Source of the DNA: Candidatus Wolframiiraptor gerlachensis
GTDB taxonomy: Archaea > Thermoproteota > Nitrososphaeria_A > Caldarchaeales > Wolframiiraptoraceae
NCBI GenBank assembly: GCA_021323375.2
Contig: JAJPCT020000016.1
Coordinates: forward strand, 85,571-149,570
Reading direction: 5' to 3'
Length of the DNA: 64,000 nucleotides
Below, one piece after another: positions 18,204 through 28,405 of the stretch; position 1 is the stretch's first letter; each line of letters begins with the position of its first letter. A program made the translations under genes and the position numbers. The notes under the pieces are model-generated. The model made no database searches. It saw nothing but the letters and a program-made list of their open reading frames with translations, and was not told the origin of the DNA.

Positions 18204-19508
18204 ATGAGCTTGAGAGATTTTCTCGAGGTCTTGGATAATGAAGGTCTTCTTGTCCATGTTAGGAGGCCTGTTTCAACGAGATATGAGGCTGCCGCGATAA
18301 TGAAGAAGCTCGATCCGAAGCCTGTATTATTCCATGAGGTGCGTGAGGCCCCGGACTTCAAGCTTCTCGGAAATCTCTGCGCCGATAGGAGGATCCTAGC
18401 AAGGGCTCTAGGAGTCTCGGAACAGAATCTGCTAAAGAGAATTGTTGAGGCGATGAAGCATCCTGGAAAGGGTGAGATCGTAGAGGATCCACCATGTCAG
18501 GAGGTCATGATAGATGACCCGGATCTTAGGAGGCTTCCCTTCCTCGTTTTCGGGGAGAGGGATGGCGGACCATACATGACTGCCGGGATAGTAATTGCCC
18601 GGGATCCAGAGCTGGGGCATAATGCGAGCTATCATAGGCTCATGCTCTTGGATGAGAGGAGGGTTGCTGTGAGGATCCTGCCAAGGCACCTCGACGAGTT
18701 CATCAGGAGGGGTGTTAAGAGGGTTGCGATAGCCGTGGGCAATCATCCAGCATTCATGCTGTCGGCAGCCGTTACTTGGAGGCTGGGCGTCAGCGAGCTC
18801 GATATAGCCGCCGCGCTCGCCCCGATAAGATATGCCAAGGCCGTGACGAGCGATATCCTCGTCCCAGCCGACTGCGAGCTCGTCTTGGAGGGGAGGATAA
18901 CGGATGAGAGGGCCGATGAGGGGCCATTCATCGACATAACAGGGACATATGATATTGTGAGGAAGGAGAGGGTTATCGAGATTGATTGCATCACCATGCG
19001 GAGGAGCCCGATATTCCAGCAGATACTCCCAGCTGGCAGCGAGCATAGGAACTTGATGGGGATGCCGAGGGAGGCGGCGATATACGCTGAGGCATCAAAG
19101 GTCTGCGATGTTGTTGATGTGAGGCTTACGCCGGGCGGCTGCAACTGGCTCCACTGCGCGATAAGCATTAGGAAGAGGAGCGATGATGATCCGAAAAGGG
19201 TTATCGAGGCCGCGCTAAGAGCCCATCAAAGCCTCAAGCACGTCATAGTTGTTGATGATGATATAGATCTCTCGAACCCATATGACTTGGAGTGGGCGAT
19301 AGCGACGAGGGTCCAGCTGGATAGGGATCTTGTGCTTAGGCCGAATGAGCTTGGATCATCCCTCGACCCGTCAGCCGATCAGGTTACTAGGAGGACTTGT
19401 AAGGCTGGCTTGGATGCTACGATCCCGCTCACAGCCGATAGGAGTAAGTTCATTAGGGCCAAGATACCGGGTGAGGATGAGGTTAGGATAGAGGATTACG
19501 TGAAGTGA
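18204..19508 (+). CDS. UbiD-family decarboxylase (likely trans-anhydromevalonate 5-phosphate decarboxylase)
   Basis: DGGPY, EGPF, VVDDDID, SSLDPS; adjacent to both AcnX subunits. Confidence 0.85.
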   Translation: MSLRDFLEVLDNEGLLVHVRRPVSTRYEAAAIMKKLDPKPVLFHEVREAPDFKLLGNLCADRRILARALGVSEQNLLKRIVEAMKHPGKGEIVEDPPCQEVMIDDPDLRRLPFLVFGERDGGPYMTAGIVIARDPELGHNASYHRLMLLDERRVAVRILPRHLDEFIRRGVKRVAIAVGNHPAFMLSAAVTWRLGVSELDIAAALAPIRYAKAVTSDILVPADCELVLEGRITDERADEGPFIDITGTYDIVRKERVIEIDCITMRRSPIFQQILPAGSEHRNLMGMPREAAIYAEASKVCDVVDVRLTPGGCNWLHCAISIRKRSDDDPKRVIEAALRAHQSLKHVIVVDDDIDLSNPYDLEWAIATRVQLDRDLVLRPNELGSSLDPSADQVTRRTCKAGLDATIPLTADRSKFIRAKIPGEDEVRIEDYVK

Positions 19509-19514
19509 GCCCGG

Positions 19515-20702
19515 ATGTATCTGACGAGCCTTGAGGAGAGGATGCTCGCGGGCGAGTATGGCTATGCGGCCCAGAAGGCCATGGAGATACTCGTTGCTCT
19601 GGGGAAGATCTATGACGCGGAGAGGATGATAGAGATAAGGAGCGCGCAGATCTCCGGCGTCTCCTACAGCAATCTCGGAGAGGAGGGGCTCGAGTTCCTC
19701 CTCAAGCTCGCTGAGGATGGGCGCGTCAGGGTTCCTACGACCCTGAACCCCTGCGGGATGGACTTGGAGGAGTGGCGTGAGATGAGCGTCCCCGAGGATT
19801 TCGCGGAGAAGCAGCTGAGGGTTATCGAGGCCTATCAGAGGCTCGGCGTCGAGCCCACGCTCACCTGCACACCCTATCTAGCTGGCAACATGCCGGGGTT
19901 TGGGGATCATGTCGCGTGGAGTGAGAGCTCAGCCGTGATCTACGTCAACTCGGTCATTGGTGCGAGGACTAATCGTGAGGGCGGGCCGAGCGCCCTAGCA
20001 GCCGCAATTGCCGGCAGGACGCCGCTATATGGCCTCCACCTAGATGAGGCTAGGAGGCCAACAATAATTGTGAGGGCGCCGAGGATAAGCGGAGAGCTTG
20101 ACGCCTCAGCCCTCGGCTACCATGTCGGCAGGATAATCATGAGCGGCGTGCCGCTATTTACTGGTCTTGGAGCGGTCTCACGGGATCAGCTAAAGGCCCT
20201 CGGAGCAGGCCTCGCATCATCGGGTGGAATAGCGCTCTTCCATGTCGAGGGCATCACGCCGGAGGCGCACATGTATTCTAGAGAACATGTTGAGGACGTG
20301 ATCGAGGTAACGGAGAGCGATCTGCGGGATGAGGTTGAGATGCTTGACGAGGGATTTGATGACCCCGACCTGATATTCATCGGCTGCCCACACGCATCCA
20401 TCGAGGAGTTGACGGAGGTATACCTACTTCTCGGTGGCAGGAGGGTCTCGAGGAGATTCTGGATCTTCGCCTCCAAGACTGTAAGGGCTCAGGCCGAGAG
20501 GATAGGGCTGCTGGCGAAGCTCGAGGCGCTCGGCGTCAGAGTCTACTGCGATACATGCCCGATCGTGGCGCCGCTTAAGAGGCTAGGATTCAAGAATGTG
20601 CTCACAAATTCCATGAAGGCAGCATACTATTTGAGAAATCTTCATGATGTTAGGGTTCGGCTTAAGCCTCTTCAAGGGCTCGTGGAGGATGCTGTGAGAT
20701 GA
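19515..20702 (+). CDS. aconitase X large subunit (phosphomevalonate dehydratase)
   Basis: TCTPY, AWSESSA, GARTNREGG, IGCPHAS, DTC. Confidence 0.9.
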   Translation: MYLTSLEERMLAGEYGYAAQKAMEILVALGKIYDAERMIEIRSAQISGVSYSNLGEEGLEFLLKLAEDGRVRVPTTLNPCGMDLEEWREMSVPEDFAEKQLRVIEAYQRLGVEPTLTCTPYLAGNMPGFGDHVAWSESSAVIYVNSVIGARTNREGGPSALAAAIAGRTPLYGLHLDEARRPTIIVRAPRISGELDASALGYHVGRIIMSGVPLFTGLGAVSRDQLKALGAGLASSGGIALFHVEGITPEAHMYSREHVEDVIEVTESDLRDEVEMLDEGFDDPDLIFIGCPHASIEELTEVYLLLGGRRVSRRFWIFASKTVRAQAERIGLLAKLEALGVRVYCDTCPIVAPLKRLGFKNVLTNSMKAAYYLRNLHDVRVRLKPLQGLVEDAVR

Positions 20703-21106
20703 AACTTCTCTTAGAGGGTAGGGTGATATGGGAGGGGCATGTTGAGGGAGAGGCGCTCGCAACGCGGCAGCCAATAAGCTTCTACGGTGGAGTTGATCCG
20801 GAGACTGGGAGGATAATCGAGAAGGGGCATGAGCTCGAGGGAGTATCAATCAGCGACAAGATACTCGTATTCCCATATGGTAAGGGCTCGACCGTCGGCT
20901 CATATATTCTTCTCAGGTTGAAGAAGCGCGGCCTAGCGCCAAGAGCGATAATAAACCAGAAGTGTGAGCCCATAATAGCTGTCGGGGTGATAATAGCGGA
21001 AATACCATGTGTTGACTTGATAGATGTTGGCAGGATTTCGACGGGGGATATTTTGAGGATTGATGGGCCGAGGGTTGAGATCTGGAAGAGGATGCCCAAG
21101 CCCTAA
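20699..21106 (+). CDS. aconitase X small (swivel) subunit
   Basis: ISFYGGVDPETG, GKGSTVGS. Confidence 0.92.
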   Translation: MKLLLEGRVIWEGHVEGEALATRQPISFYGGVDPETGRIIEKGHELEGVSISDKILVFPYGKGSTVGSYILLRLKKRGLAPRAIINQKCEPIIAVGVIIAEIPCVDLIDVGRISTGDILRIDGPRVEIWKRMPKP

Positions 21107-21573
21107 AGCTCGATGAACCCCTCCCAGAGCTTCTCAGCCGGCATATCCTCATACTCGACCCCATAGAGCTCGATCTTATATCGCCCCGGCTCAAGATCAG
21201 CTATCTTGATTGTGATCTCGTATTCGCAGATACATCTGCACATCTCGCCGATATTCTTCTCAACGATCTTAAGCAGTATATGGTCTCCGCGATGCTCCAC
21301 GGGCTCGAGGCTAATCACTATATCGGCGCAGCAGACATAACTTAGATGATGGATCAGGTTTATCGAGGAGGGACCTGTTGTGAGCTCAATCCTGCTTGTT
21401 GAGCCGTATCCGCGCGTAAGGCCATCATAGCTCATGCTGGAGCAGCCGCCCACACTATATGTCAGGGCGGGCTTCCCGGCCGGGGGTTTCCCAGTAGGGT
21501 AGAATGCCATGAAGAGTCCCGCGGTAAAGGCGATCACGAGGACGATAATAGCGATGTAGGTCAGCTTTCCCAC
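21103..21573 (-). CDS. membrane-anchored/secreted Cys-rich hypothetical protein
   Basis: N-terminal TM helix; YVCCA and CRCIC motifs. Confidence 0.7.
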   Translation of the reverse strand: MGKLTYIAIIVLVIAFTAGLFMAFYPTGKPPAGKPALTYSVGGCSSMSYDGLTRGYGSTSRIELTTGPSSINLIHHLSYVCCADIVISLEPVEHRGDHILLKIVEKNIGEMCRCICEYEITIKIADLEPGRYKIELYGVEYEDMPAEKLWEGFIEL

Positions 21574-21694
21574 TTCAGCACCTCGCCAATTATCATGAAT
21601 TACGGTTAATCAGGCTTTCGGCCAAGGGGCGTTATGGCTAAATTCAGCCTCGCGGCGCAACATCTGGAGATATTTCATCCCACTCTTAGGGGGT

Positions 21695-21946
21695 GTGCTT
21701 ATGAGCCTGCCGATCCCAGTGGTTAGGAGGAAGCTTAGGGATGGCAGGATTATCGAGAGGGAGGGTAGGGGCTTTAGCTTGAATGAGCTCAGGGAGGCGG
21801 GCATAACAATTGATCAGGCGAAGAGGCTTGGGATCTACATCGATAAGAGGCGGAGGAGTTGTAGGAAGGAGAATGTCGAGGCGTTAAAGATACTTTTGAG
21901 AGCTTTGAGTGAGGCTGTGGGGACGGGCTCCGGGAAGAGCTCGTGA
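21695..21946 (+). CDS. rpl13e: 50S ribosomal protein eL13
   Basis: REGRGFSLNELREAGI...A..LGI.ID.RRRS...ENV. Confidence 0.93.
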   Translation: MLMSLPIPVVRRKLRDGRIIEREGRGFSLNELREAGITIDQAKRLGIYIDKRRRSCRKENVEALKILLRALSEAVGTGSGKSS

Positions 21947-21951
21947 ACAGG

Positions 21952-22545
21952 TTAGAGTTCCTCTGCCTTCGACTCCAGCACTTTGAAGAGATCTGCTTTC
22001 GTCACAATGCCGGTTATCCTGCCATCCTTCTGGAGGAGTATCGCTGGATACTCTTGGAGGAGCTGCCTGACGATATTTAGTGATGCCTCTTCGGGTATTA
22101 TCGGGAAGACCTCATCCATAACCTCGCTTACAGGCATATCCGTGGACTTCACCTTCTCGAGCTTTCTCATGATTGTTGACTCTGAGATGCTTCCAACCGG
22201 GTTTCCATTCCTGAGAACCGGTAGCTGCGATATCCCATACATTCTCATCAGGCTTATCGCCTTGCTTAGTGGATCGGATGCCTCAACGCAGATGACATCC
22301 CTAGTGCAGATGTCTCTGGCCAAGAGCTTTGCACCCCTTTCAGCCCTAGCCATCTCAAGGGCCTGTAGGATGCGCCTAACAGCCTCATAGGAGGGGTTGA
22401 TCCGGCCACGTTCTATCTTCGAGATCAGGGACTGGCTTAGCCCCGACATCTTCGCAAGCTCCCTCTGTGTAAGGCCCAGCCTCTTTCTAAGCTTCGCGAG
22501 GGACTCAAGATCCCAGAGGTTTTCCAAGAAGATTATGGCACCCAT
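21952..22545 (-). CDS. XRE-HTH plus CBS-domain transcriptional regulator
   Basis: LGLTQRELA...SQSLISKIERG followed by a CBS pair. Confidence 0.9.
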   Translation of the reverse strand: MGAIIFLENLWDLESLAKLRKRLGLTQRELAKMSGLSQSLISKIERGRINPSYEAVRRILQALEMARAERGAKLLARDICTRDVICVEASDPLSKAISLMRMYGISQLPVLRNGNPVGSISESTIMRKLEKVKSTDMPVSEVMDEVFPIIPEEASLNIVRQLLQEYPAILLQKDGRITGIVTKADLFKVLESKAEEL

Positions 22546-22572
22546 GATTCCTATAGGAATATCTGATTATAA

Positions 22573-23778
22573 ATGTTTATGAGCAACAGATTACGGGCAG
22601 AGGTGATGCGGAAGCCGTCCACCGAGGCTATTCACGGGCATGGCTATCGGGATCGGGAGAGGGGGGTATTTAAGGTCCCCATCTACCAGACAGCCATCTA
22701 CGAATATCCCGACTCAATTACTGGAACACCTAGGCTTAGTGATCGGGGCCTGGATCTCAAGTATAGTAGGGAGGAGAATTACACGGTTAGGTCTCTTGAG
22801 AGAATTCTGGCTAGGCTTGAGAGAGGTGTTGACTGTCTCGCCTTCGGGAGCGGGATGGCCGCGATAGCCGCCGCATATCTCTCGAGGCTCAGCGCCGGGT
22901 CAAAGCTCCTAGTCCCCCTAGAGTGCTATGGGACCACTCAGGAGCTTGCTCAAAACCTCTCGAAGTTCGGCATCACATGTGTTCTCGCTAGATCGGATAC
23001 AGGCGAGTTTCTTGAGAGGCTTGAGGATGGCATTTCGCTCGCCCTCGTCGAGACCATCACGAACCCGATGATCAGGGTTATTGATGTTAGGGAGATTGCG
23101 AGGAGATGTAGGGAGCTGGGGATACCTCTTATCGTCGATAACACGTTCTCCACGCCAATACTCTATAACCCTCTCGAGGATGGTGCTTGGATAACGATCC
23201 ACAGCTTGACGAAGTATATTGCCGGGCATAATGATGTGGTGGGTGGCGCGATAATAGTTGGGAGTGAGGAGGATGCGAAGACCTTCTGGAACTGGAGGAG
23301 GAAGCTTGGATCGATCATGAGCCCGTTCGACGCCTTTCTCACGATCCGGGGCGTGGCAACCCTCGAGGCGAGATTTGAGAAGCAGTCAAGGAGCGCCATG
23401 GAGATAGCCGAGTTCTTGGAGGATCACCCGAAGGTCTTGGAGGTTTATTATCCTGGGCTCTCAAGCAACCCGTACAAGGGCGTTGCTGATAGGCTCTTCA
23501 AGCGTCGGCTCTATGGCGGTGTCCTAAGCTTTAAGGTTAAGGGAGGCCAGAGAGAGGCCATAGAAGTTCTCAAGAGCACGGAGATTATCAAACCGACGCC
23601 GAGCCTAGGCGGTGTCGAGAGCCTCTTAACATACCCAATATGGACTGCCGCTAAGAACATGAGTAAGGAGCAGTTGGAAATACTCGGGATAGGCGAGAAC
23701 CTCCTCAGACTATCAGTCGGCCTCGAGGACATAGAGGACCTGAAAGAAGACCTGGATAGAGCTCTCTCTAGAATCTAG
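22573..23778 (+). CDS. cystathionine gamma-synthase/lyase family PLP enzyme
   Basis: SGMAAI, ETITNP, DNTFSTP, HSLTKYIAGHNDV, SLGGVESL, RLSVGLE. Confidence 0.93.
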   Translation: MFMSNRLRAEVMRKPSTEAIHGHGYRDRERGVFKVPIYQTAIYEYPDSITGTPRLSDRGLDLKYSREENYTVRSLERILARLERGVDCLAFGSGMAAIAAAYLSRLSAGSKLLVPLECYGTTQELAQNLSKFGITCVLARSDTGEFLERLEDGISLALVETITNPMIRVIDVREIARRCRELGIPLIVDNTFSTPILYNPLEDGAWITIHSLTKYIAGHNDVVGGAIIVGSEEDAKTFWNWRRKLGSIMSPFDAFLTIRGVATLEARFEKQSRSAMEIAEFLEDHPKVLEVYYPGLSSNPYKGVADRLFKRRLYGGVLSFKVKGGQREAIEVLKSTEIIKPTPSLGGVESLLTYPIWTAAKNMSKEQLEILGIGENLLRLSVGLEDIEDLKEDLDRALSRI

Positions 23779-24088
23779 GCTTCATGGAGCTATACCCGCA
23801 TGAGACCCCGGGTATGATCCCCGCCTACAACCGGACCTGAGGTTAAAACCTGATCTGGAGCATATTTGAGCGGCGGGGGATGGAAGCCGTCCTGAGACAT
23901 TATATACCTTACTGCAAACCTAACACTCATTTCAACAATCCTTCCTTTACCCATTTAGCTTTTCTTGCGAGACCATTTAAAGCAATGGCCTCATATAGTT
24001 CAATATTCCCTCGATAACCCTTTCAACACCATACTTCTCTAATTCACTCCACCGAATGACTATCCAAGTGACTATCCAAGCTTACATT

Positions 24089-24160
24089 CTAGAATCCTCA
24101 GGACATCTATGCTCATTAAGCCCATCCCCAGAATCGTTTTCTACATCCTTCGCTTATTAG
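24089..24160 (-). repeat. relic of the element-associated Zn-finger gene 3' end
   Basis: CTAGAATCCTCAGGACATCTATGCTC...CCCAGAATCGTTTTCTACA is nearly identical to 30784-30840 and similar to 1050-1075. Confidence 0.7.
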
Positions 24161-24224
24161 CATATAATTTAATTTCTCTCTATAAGAAGCTAATTCCAAG
24201 TAAGGCCCTCGCCGAGCCGGCTTT

Positions 24225-24479
24225 TCACACTTCGACATTAAACTCTATGGGCTCGCCGGTCTCCGGGCTAAGCCTCATCGCGACTTTGACGAGCCTCCTC
24301 CGCCCATCCCTGATCCGCAGATCTAGCCTGACATTCCATAGGCCGCCATGGGTGCTCGGCTCGAGCGCTATCGAGTCCACCCAATATTTCTCGATCTTGG
24401 CTCCAAGCCTCTTCTCGGCCTCGCTTAGCGCCAGCCTTTCTGCCTCCTCCCAAGAGGATATCCTCATACCCGCCCACAT
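24225..24479 (-). CDS. hypothetical protein
   Basis: 84-aa ORF downstream of the ABC permease with host-like codons. Confidence 0.6.
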   Translation of the reverse strand: MWAGMRISSWEEAERLALSEAEKRLGAKIEKYWVDSIALEPSTHGGLWNVRLDLRIRDGRRRLVKVAMRLSPETGEPIEFNVEV

Positions 24480-24497
24480 CCTCTTTTCTTGGATGGA

Positions 24498-25724
24498 CTA
24501 CTCGGATCTTAAAGCTTGAACCGGGTCCATCCTAGCTGCTTTCACCGCGGGGTATAGCCCCGAGAAAACCCCGACGAGGATGGCGAAGAAGAAGCTCTCT
24601 ATGATGAGCTCCGGCGTGATCACAGGCGTGTATGAGATTTGGAGCGCTTGGCCTATAGGCGTGCTGGCCTCCCTCACTTGGAACATTCTCGCGAAGACGT
24701 CTCCTAGGAGGAGCGATGCCGAGATCCCCAGCACTATTCCGAGGATCCCTCCTATAGCCCCTATTAGGGCTGCTTCTGCTAGGAAGATTGCTGCTACGTG
24801 CTTCTGTGTGAAGCCGAGGGCCCTTAGCACACCGATCTCCCTAGTTCTCTCCATCACGGACATTATCATCGTGTTCATTATTCCTATGCCGGCGACAATA
24901 AGCGAGACGCTCGCAACAATAAGCATGAAGATCGAGAAGTTGGAGATTATCGCCCTAACATTCCTGACTATCGTGAGGGGGCTTATTATCTCTATATCGC
25001 GGCCGTAAATATCCCTGAGCATCTTTATCAGGGGCTCGACGGCATCCGGGGAGCTCGCGACTATCACTATCGCTGGATAATATCTCGAGCCGAACATGTT
25101 CCTCGCCGCTTCCACCGTCGCGAGGATGCTATTATCAACGTCTAGGTAGGGCGTTGAGCCGAACTCGTTGTAAATCGCGCCCACCATGAATGTTTTGGTC
25201 TTGACTGATTGGCTGCCCTGGAAGAGTATGGAGACGGATGAGTAGAGCCTTATGCTCTTGCTCGGGTCTTCAGGAGGGTATGCGACCTTATAGCCTAGGG
25301 CCACGACCGCGACATCAGCCGGCTGGAGCGGCTCGCCCTCAAGCAGCTCCAAGTCCGGAAGTATGAGCTTGATCATCCTAGGATCTGTTGCGAGGAAGTT
25401 AACCTGTCTCTCAATCGAGCCCGACTTCAGCATCACCCTCGTGAAGTAGAATGGCGCTGTGGCCCTTACTCCAGGGAGCCTCGAGAGCATGATCACATCT
25501 GTGTCCGTGAACTTTACCGAGCCCTCGACTGGTATTATCCAGATGTTATTGCTGCCGATCCTCGACAAGACCTCATTGAGGAAGTTGTCGAATCCACTGG
25601 TATTCGATATAAGTGTTATAATCGCTAGTATGCCTATCATTATCCCGAGTATTGTGAGGGCGCTCCGCGTCTTCCTATCCTTGAGCCCCTTGAACGCGTA
25701 CCATAGGATGTCACCCGGCCTCAA
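24498..25724 (-). CDS. MacB/FtsX-family ABC permease
   Basis: GIMNTM..SV.ERTREIG.LRALG, YPA.KAA.MDPV.ALR.E. Confidence 0.93.
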   Translation of the reverse strand: MRPGDILWYAFKGLKDRKTRSALTILGIMIGILAIITLISNTSGFDNFLNEVLSRIGSNNIWIIPVEGSVKFTDTDVIMLSRLPGVRATAPFYFTRVMLKSGSIERQVNFLATDPRMIKLILPDLELLEGEPLQPADVAVVALGYKVAYPPEDPSKSIRLYSSVSILFQGSQSVKTKTFMVGAIYNEFGSTPYLDVDNSILATVEAARNMFGSRYYPAIVIVASSPDAVEPLIKMLRDIYGRDIEIISPLTIVRNVRAIISNFSIFMLIVASVSLIVAGIGIMNTMIMSVMERTREIGVLRALGFTQKHVAAIFLAEAALIGAIGGILGIVLGISASLLLGDVFARMFQVREASTPIGQALQISYTPVITPELIIESFFFAILVGVFSGLYPAVKAARMDPVQALRSE

Positions 25725-27666
25725 CCCTTCTCCGCCTCCTCGCGAGATACACTATGATCACGACCAGTATTATTATCGCGATTATCAGGATTAGTTGGTT
25801 CAGCTGGATCTGCGGTAGCTGTCCCCTCGTCGAGGACTCTACGAGCTGCGGCACCTCGACCACTCCTTCCAAGATTTCCTCACTCCTATTTCTTAGCGAG
25901 TCTAAGTAGCTCAGCCTGAGAACCACTCTCACCTCGCCCTCTCCCTTCTCCAAGCGCTCGACGGGTATGTTGAAGAGTATTGGCGCGTTTGGCTCAACAT
26001 CGCCGAGATAGCTTATCCGGCTTGATGTGAGGTCGCCGCCGACGATCTCTATCCTCGTGTATGACGCCTTCTCGGTTCCCTCATTCAATATCCTCCCAAT
26101 AAGCAGGAGATCCCTGCCCATTCTTTCAAGCGATATCTCTTGGAGCTTGATGTCTATTATCCCCTTGACATACATTCCGATCAGGTGGTTCTCGCTCCTA
26201 ATCCAGCCTCCGGACTCTTTGAAGCTCACCTCGACTCTCAGGTTGAATGGCTCCCCGATTGTTGAGCCTGATGCAGTTTCGGACGGCACATAGACCTTCA
26301 GACTTAGCGTCGTCCTCCCACCCTCACCCAGTTCAGGTATATTCCACGTCGTCGGCCCGATGAGAGTCACCCAGCCCATTGTCGGCGCTATAGTCACCAT
26401 TATATCCCTGAGCCTCTCGCCCGAGATATTCTCTATCGTTATGTTTATGGGCTCTATCATCCCGCCCCGCACATACTCTCCAGAGTATATCCTCAGCCTA
26501 TTCCTCCTACTCTCCTCGAGGATTGTTATCGTGATGCCTTTCTCGACAACATGCCTCCCCTCATCATCAGCATATGTTATCAGTACTGGTATGGAATAGG
26601 AGCCACCAGCAGCCCTCTCATTCACCAGAACATCTATCGAGATCTTTTTCTCGGATCCGGGCCCGAGATCTCCAAGCTTGAGCGAGGTTGAGCCGCTTAG
26701 AACGGTGAGGGGTGGGCTGGCGAGCCTATTCAGCCCGATCTCCACGTTAATATCTCTCGCGGCCTCGTTCCCATTATTCCTCACAATTATATTCAGTGTC
26801 TTGGAATGCGCGGGCTCCATAATCGGGTCGTCAAGCAATACATCGAGGAGAACCCCGACGCCTCCGAGCGGCTTAACCCTCACCATAAGCTCATGCGTCT
26901 CTACAACCTGCTCTCCATAGGAGTTCTGGTATCTCACCTCCGCGATTATGCTGGATGGGCCATCCGCCAGTGCCCTGCTCACAAACACCTTTAACGGGAT
27001 GTTTATGGATGAACTGGGTGCTAAGTTTCCGATGATGTGCCTGCCGCCGCCCTCGAGGAGGGCTAAGCCAACTGAGGCGGATCTCACCCAGATCTCAGCC
27101 GAGGATGCATGGGCTGATCCCATGTTCTCCACGGTTAGCTTGAGATTGGCCTCTGACCCCGGCTCAAGGATGCTCGGGCTAATGGATAGCTTGAGGTCGG
27201 CCCTGCCCGTGATCCTGAATCTAACCTTGACTATCGTCAGGCTTATCGAGTCCTCATCCCACTCGACGTATCTAAGGGCGAGGCTTGCCTCATGCTCGCC
27301 TACCTTAACATCCTCGCCTATGTCTATGAGGAATGTTAGGTAGAAGCGCTCGCCCGATCTAACATGGCCGCTTGTTGATGGGCTTGTTAGGCGCTCACCG
27401 CTCTTGGAATCCCTGAACCCCTCCGGCAAATATAGTGTCCCTTGGACATATCTGATGTCCTCATCCATCGTGTTTATGAGCTCGATAATGAGCTGCGCGT
27501 TCCTATCTCCTGGGGCAGCCTCCATCCTCTTGCTGATGCTCCCGAACCAGGCGTCTGAGAATATTATGTCGGGGACTGAGCCCGCTGAGGCTGTCAGTGG
27601 GATGGCGATTGCTGCCAGTAGTAGGCAGGCTAGGATTAGGCTAATTCTCCTCATAGGCAACACCAT
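25711..27666 (-). CDS. COG1361 S-layer-like, Ig-repeat surface protein
   Basis: Signal peptide, repeated N.G...A motifs, C-terminal TM plus basic tail. Confidence 0.8.
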   Translation of the reverse strand: MVLPMRRISLILACLLLAAIAIPLTASAGSVPDIIFSDAWFGSISKRMEAAPGDRNAQLIIELINTMDEDIRYVQGTLYLPEGFRDSKSGERLTSPSTSGHVRSGERFYLTFLIDIGEDVKVGEHEASLALRYVEWDEDSISLTIVKVRFRITGRADLKLSISPSILEPGSEANLKLTVENMGSAHASSAEIWVRSASVGLALLEGGGRHIIGNLAPSSSINIPLKVFVSRALADGPSSIIAEVRYQNSYGEQVVETHELMVRVKPLGGVGVLLDVLLDDPIMEPAHSKTLNIIVRNNGNEAARDINVEIGLNRLASPPLTVLSGSTSLKLGDLGPGSEKKISIDVLVNERAAGGSYSIPVLITYADDEGRHVVEKGITITILEESRRNRLRIYSGEYVRGGMIEPINITIENISGERLRDIMVTIAPTMGWVTLIGPTTWNIPELGEGGRTTLSLKVYVPSETASGSTIGEPFNLRVEVSFKESGGWIRSENHLIGMYVKGIIDIKLQEISLERMGRDLLLIGRILNEGTEKASYTRIEIVGGDLTSSRISYLGDVEPNAPILFNIPVERLEKGEGEVRVVLRLSYLDSLRNRSEEILEGVVEVPQLVESSTRGQLPQIQLNQLILIIAIIILVVIIVYLARRRRRVEAG

Positions 27667-28324
27667 CCCTCATTCTCACGATCCTCTTGGCTGGAGCAGC
27701 CGTCTCAGGGTTATGAGTTACGACTACTAGCGTTACGCCGAGCTCCCGGTTAAGCCTCGTGAGAAGATCCACGACCTCGGCTGCTGAGACTGAGTCGAGG
27801 TTTCCAGTCGGCTCATCCGCCAATATTATCCTCGGCCCCGTCACTATGGCCCTGGCGATCGCAACCCTCTGCTGCTCCCCGCCGCTAAGCTCCATCGGCC
27901 TATGATTCATCCTATGTGCTAGGCCAACCATCTCCAACGCCTCTCCAGCCCTCCTCATCCTCTCCTCACCATCAACGCCCTTGATCGCGAGCGGGAGCAT
28001 GACGTTCTCGAGAGCCGTGAGCCGGGGTATCAGGTTGAATGTCTGGAAGACGAATCCTATGAGCTCGTTCCTCAGCCTGCTGAGCTCCACATCACTCATC
28101 TTGCTCGGATCCCTGCCCTCGATCAGGACCCTGCCCCTCGTCGGCCTATCGAGAGCGCCTGCCAAGTGTAGGAACGTGGATTTACCGCTTCCAGAAGGCC
28201 CCATTACCGCCACATGCTCGCCTCGCTTAATCTCTATGTTGAGGCCCCTGAGTGCCGGGACCTCCACCTTGCCCAGCCTATAGATCTTCCAGACATTCTC
28301 AAACTTTATTGCCGGCTGCTCCAG
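27641..28324 (-). CDS. LolD/MacB-type ABC ATPase (probable CTG start at 28324)
   Basis: GPSGSGKST, LSGGEQQRVAIARA, DEPTGNLD; upstream in-frame PAIKFENVWKIY with SD GGGGTGA. Confidence 0.92.
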   Translation of the reverse strand: MEQPAIKFENVWKIYRLGKVEVPALRGLNIEIKRGEHVAVMGPSGSGKSTFLHLAGALDRPTRGRVLIEGRDPSKMSDVELSRLRNELIGFVFQTFNLIPRLTALENVMLPLAIKGVDGEERMRRAGEALEMVGLAHRMNHRPMELSGGEQQRVAIARAIVTGPRIILADEPTGNLDSVSAAEVVDLLTRLNRELGVTLVVVTHNPETAAPAKRIVRMRDGVAYEEN

Positions 28325-28405
28325 AAGCCATCACCCCAGCCAAGCTTTTTCAGAGCGCAATAAGTATTTTTTGTAACTCGCTGAGTATTATTACAGGTTT
28401 TCGCG

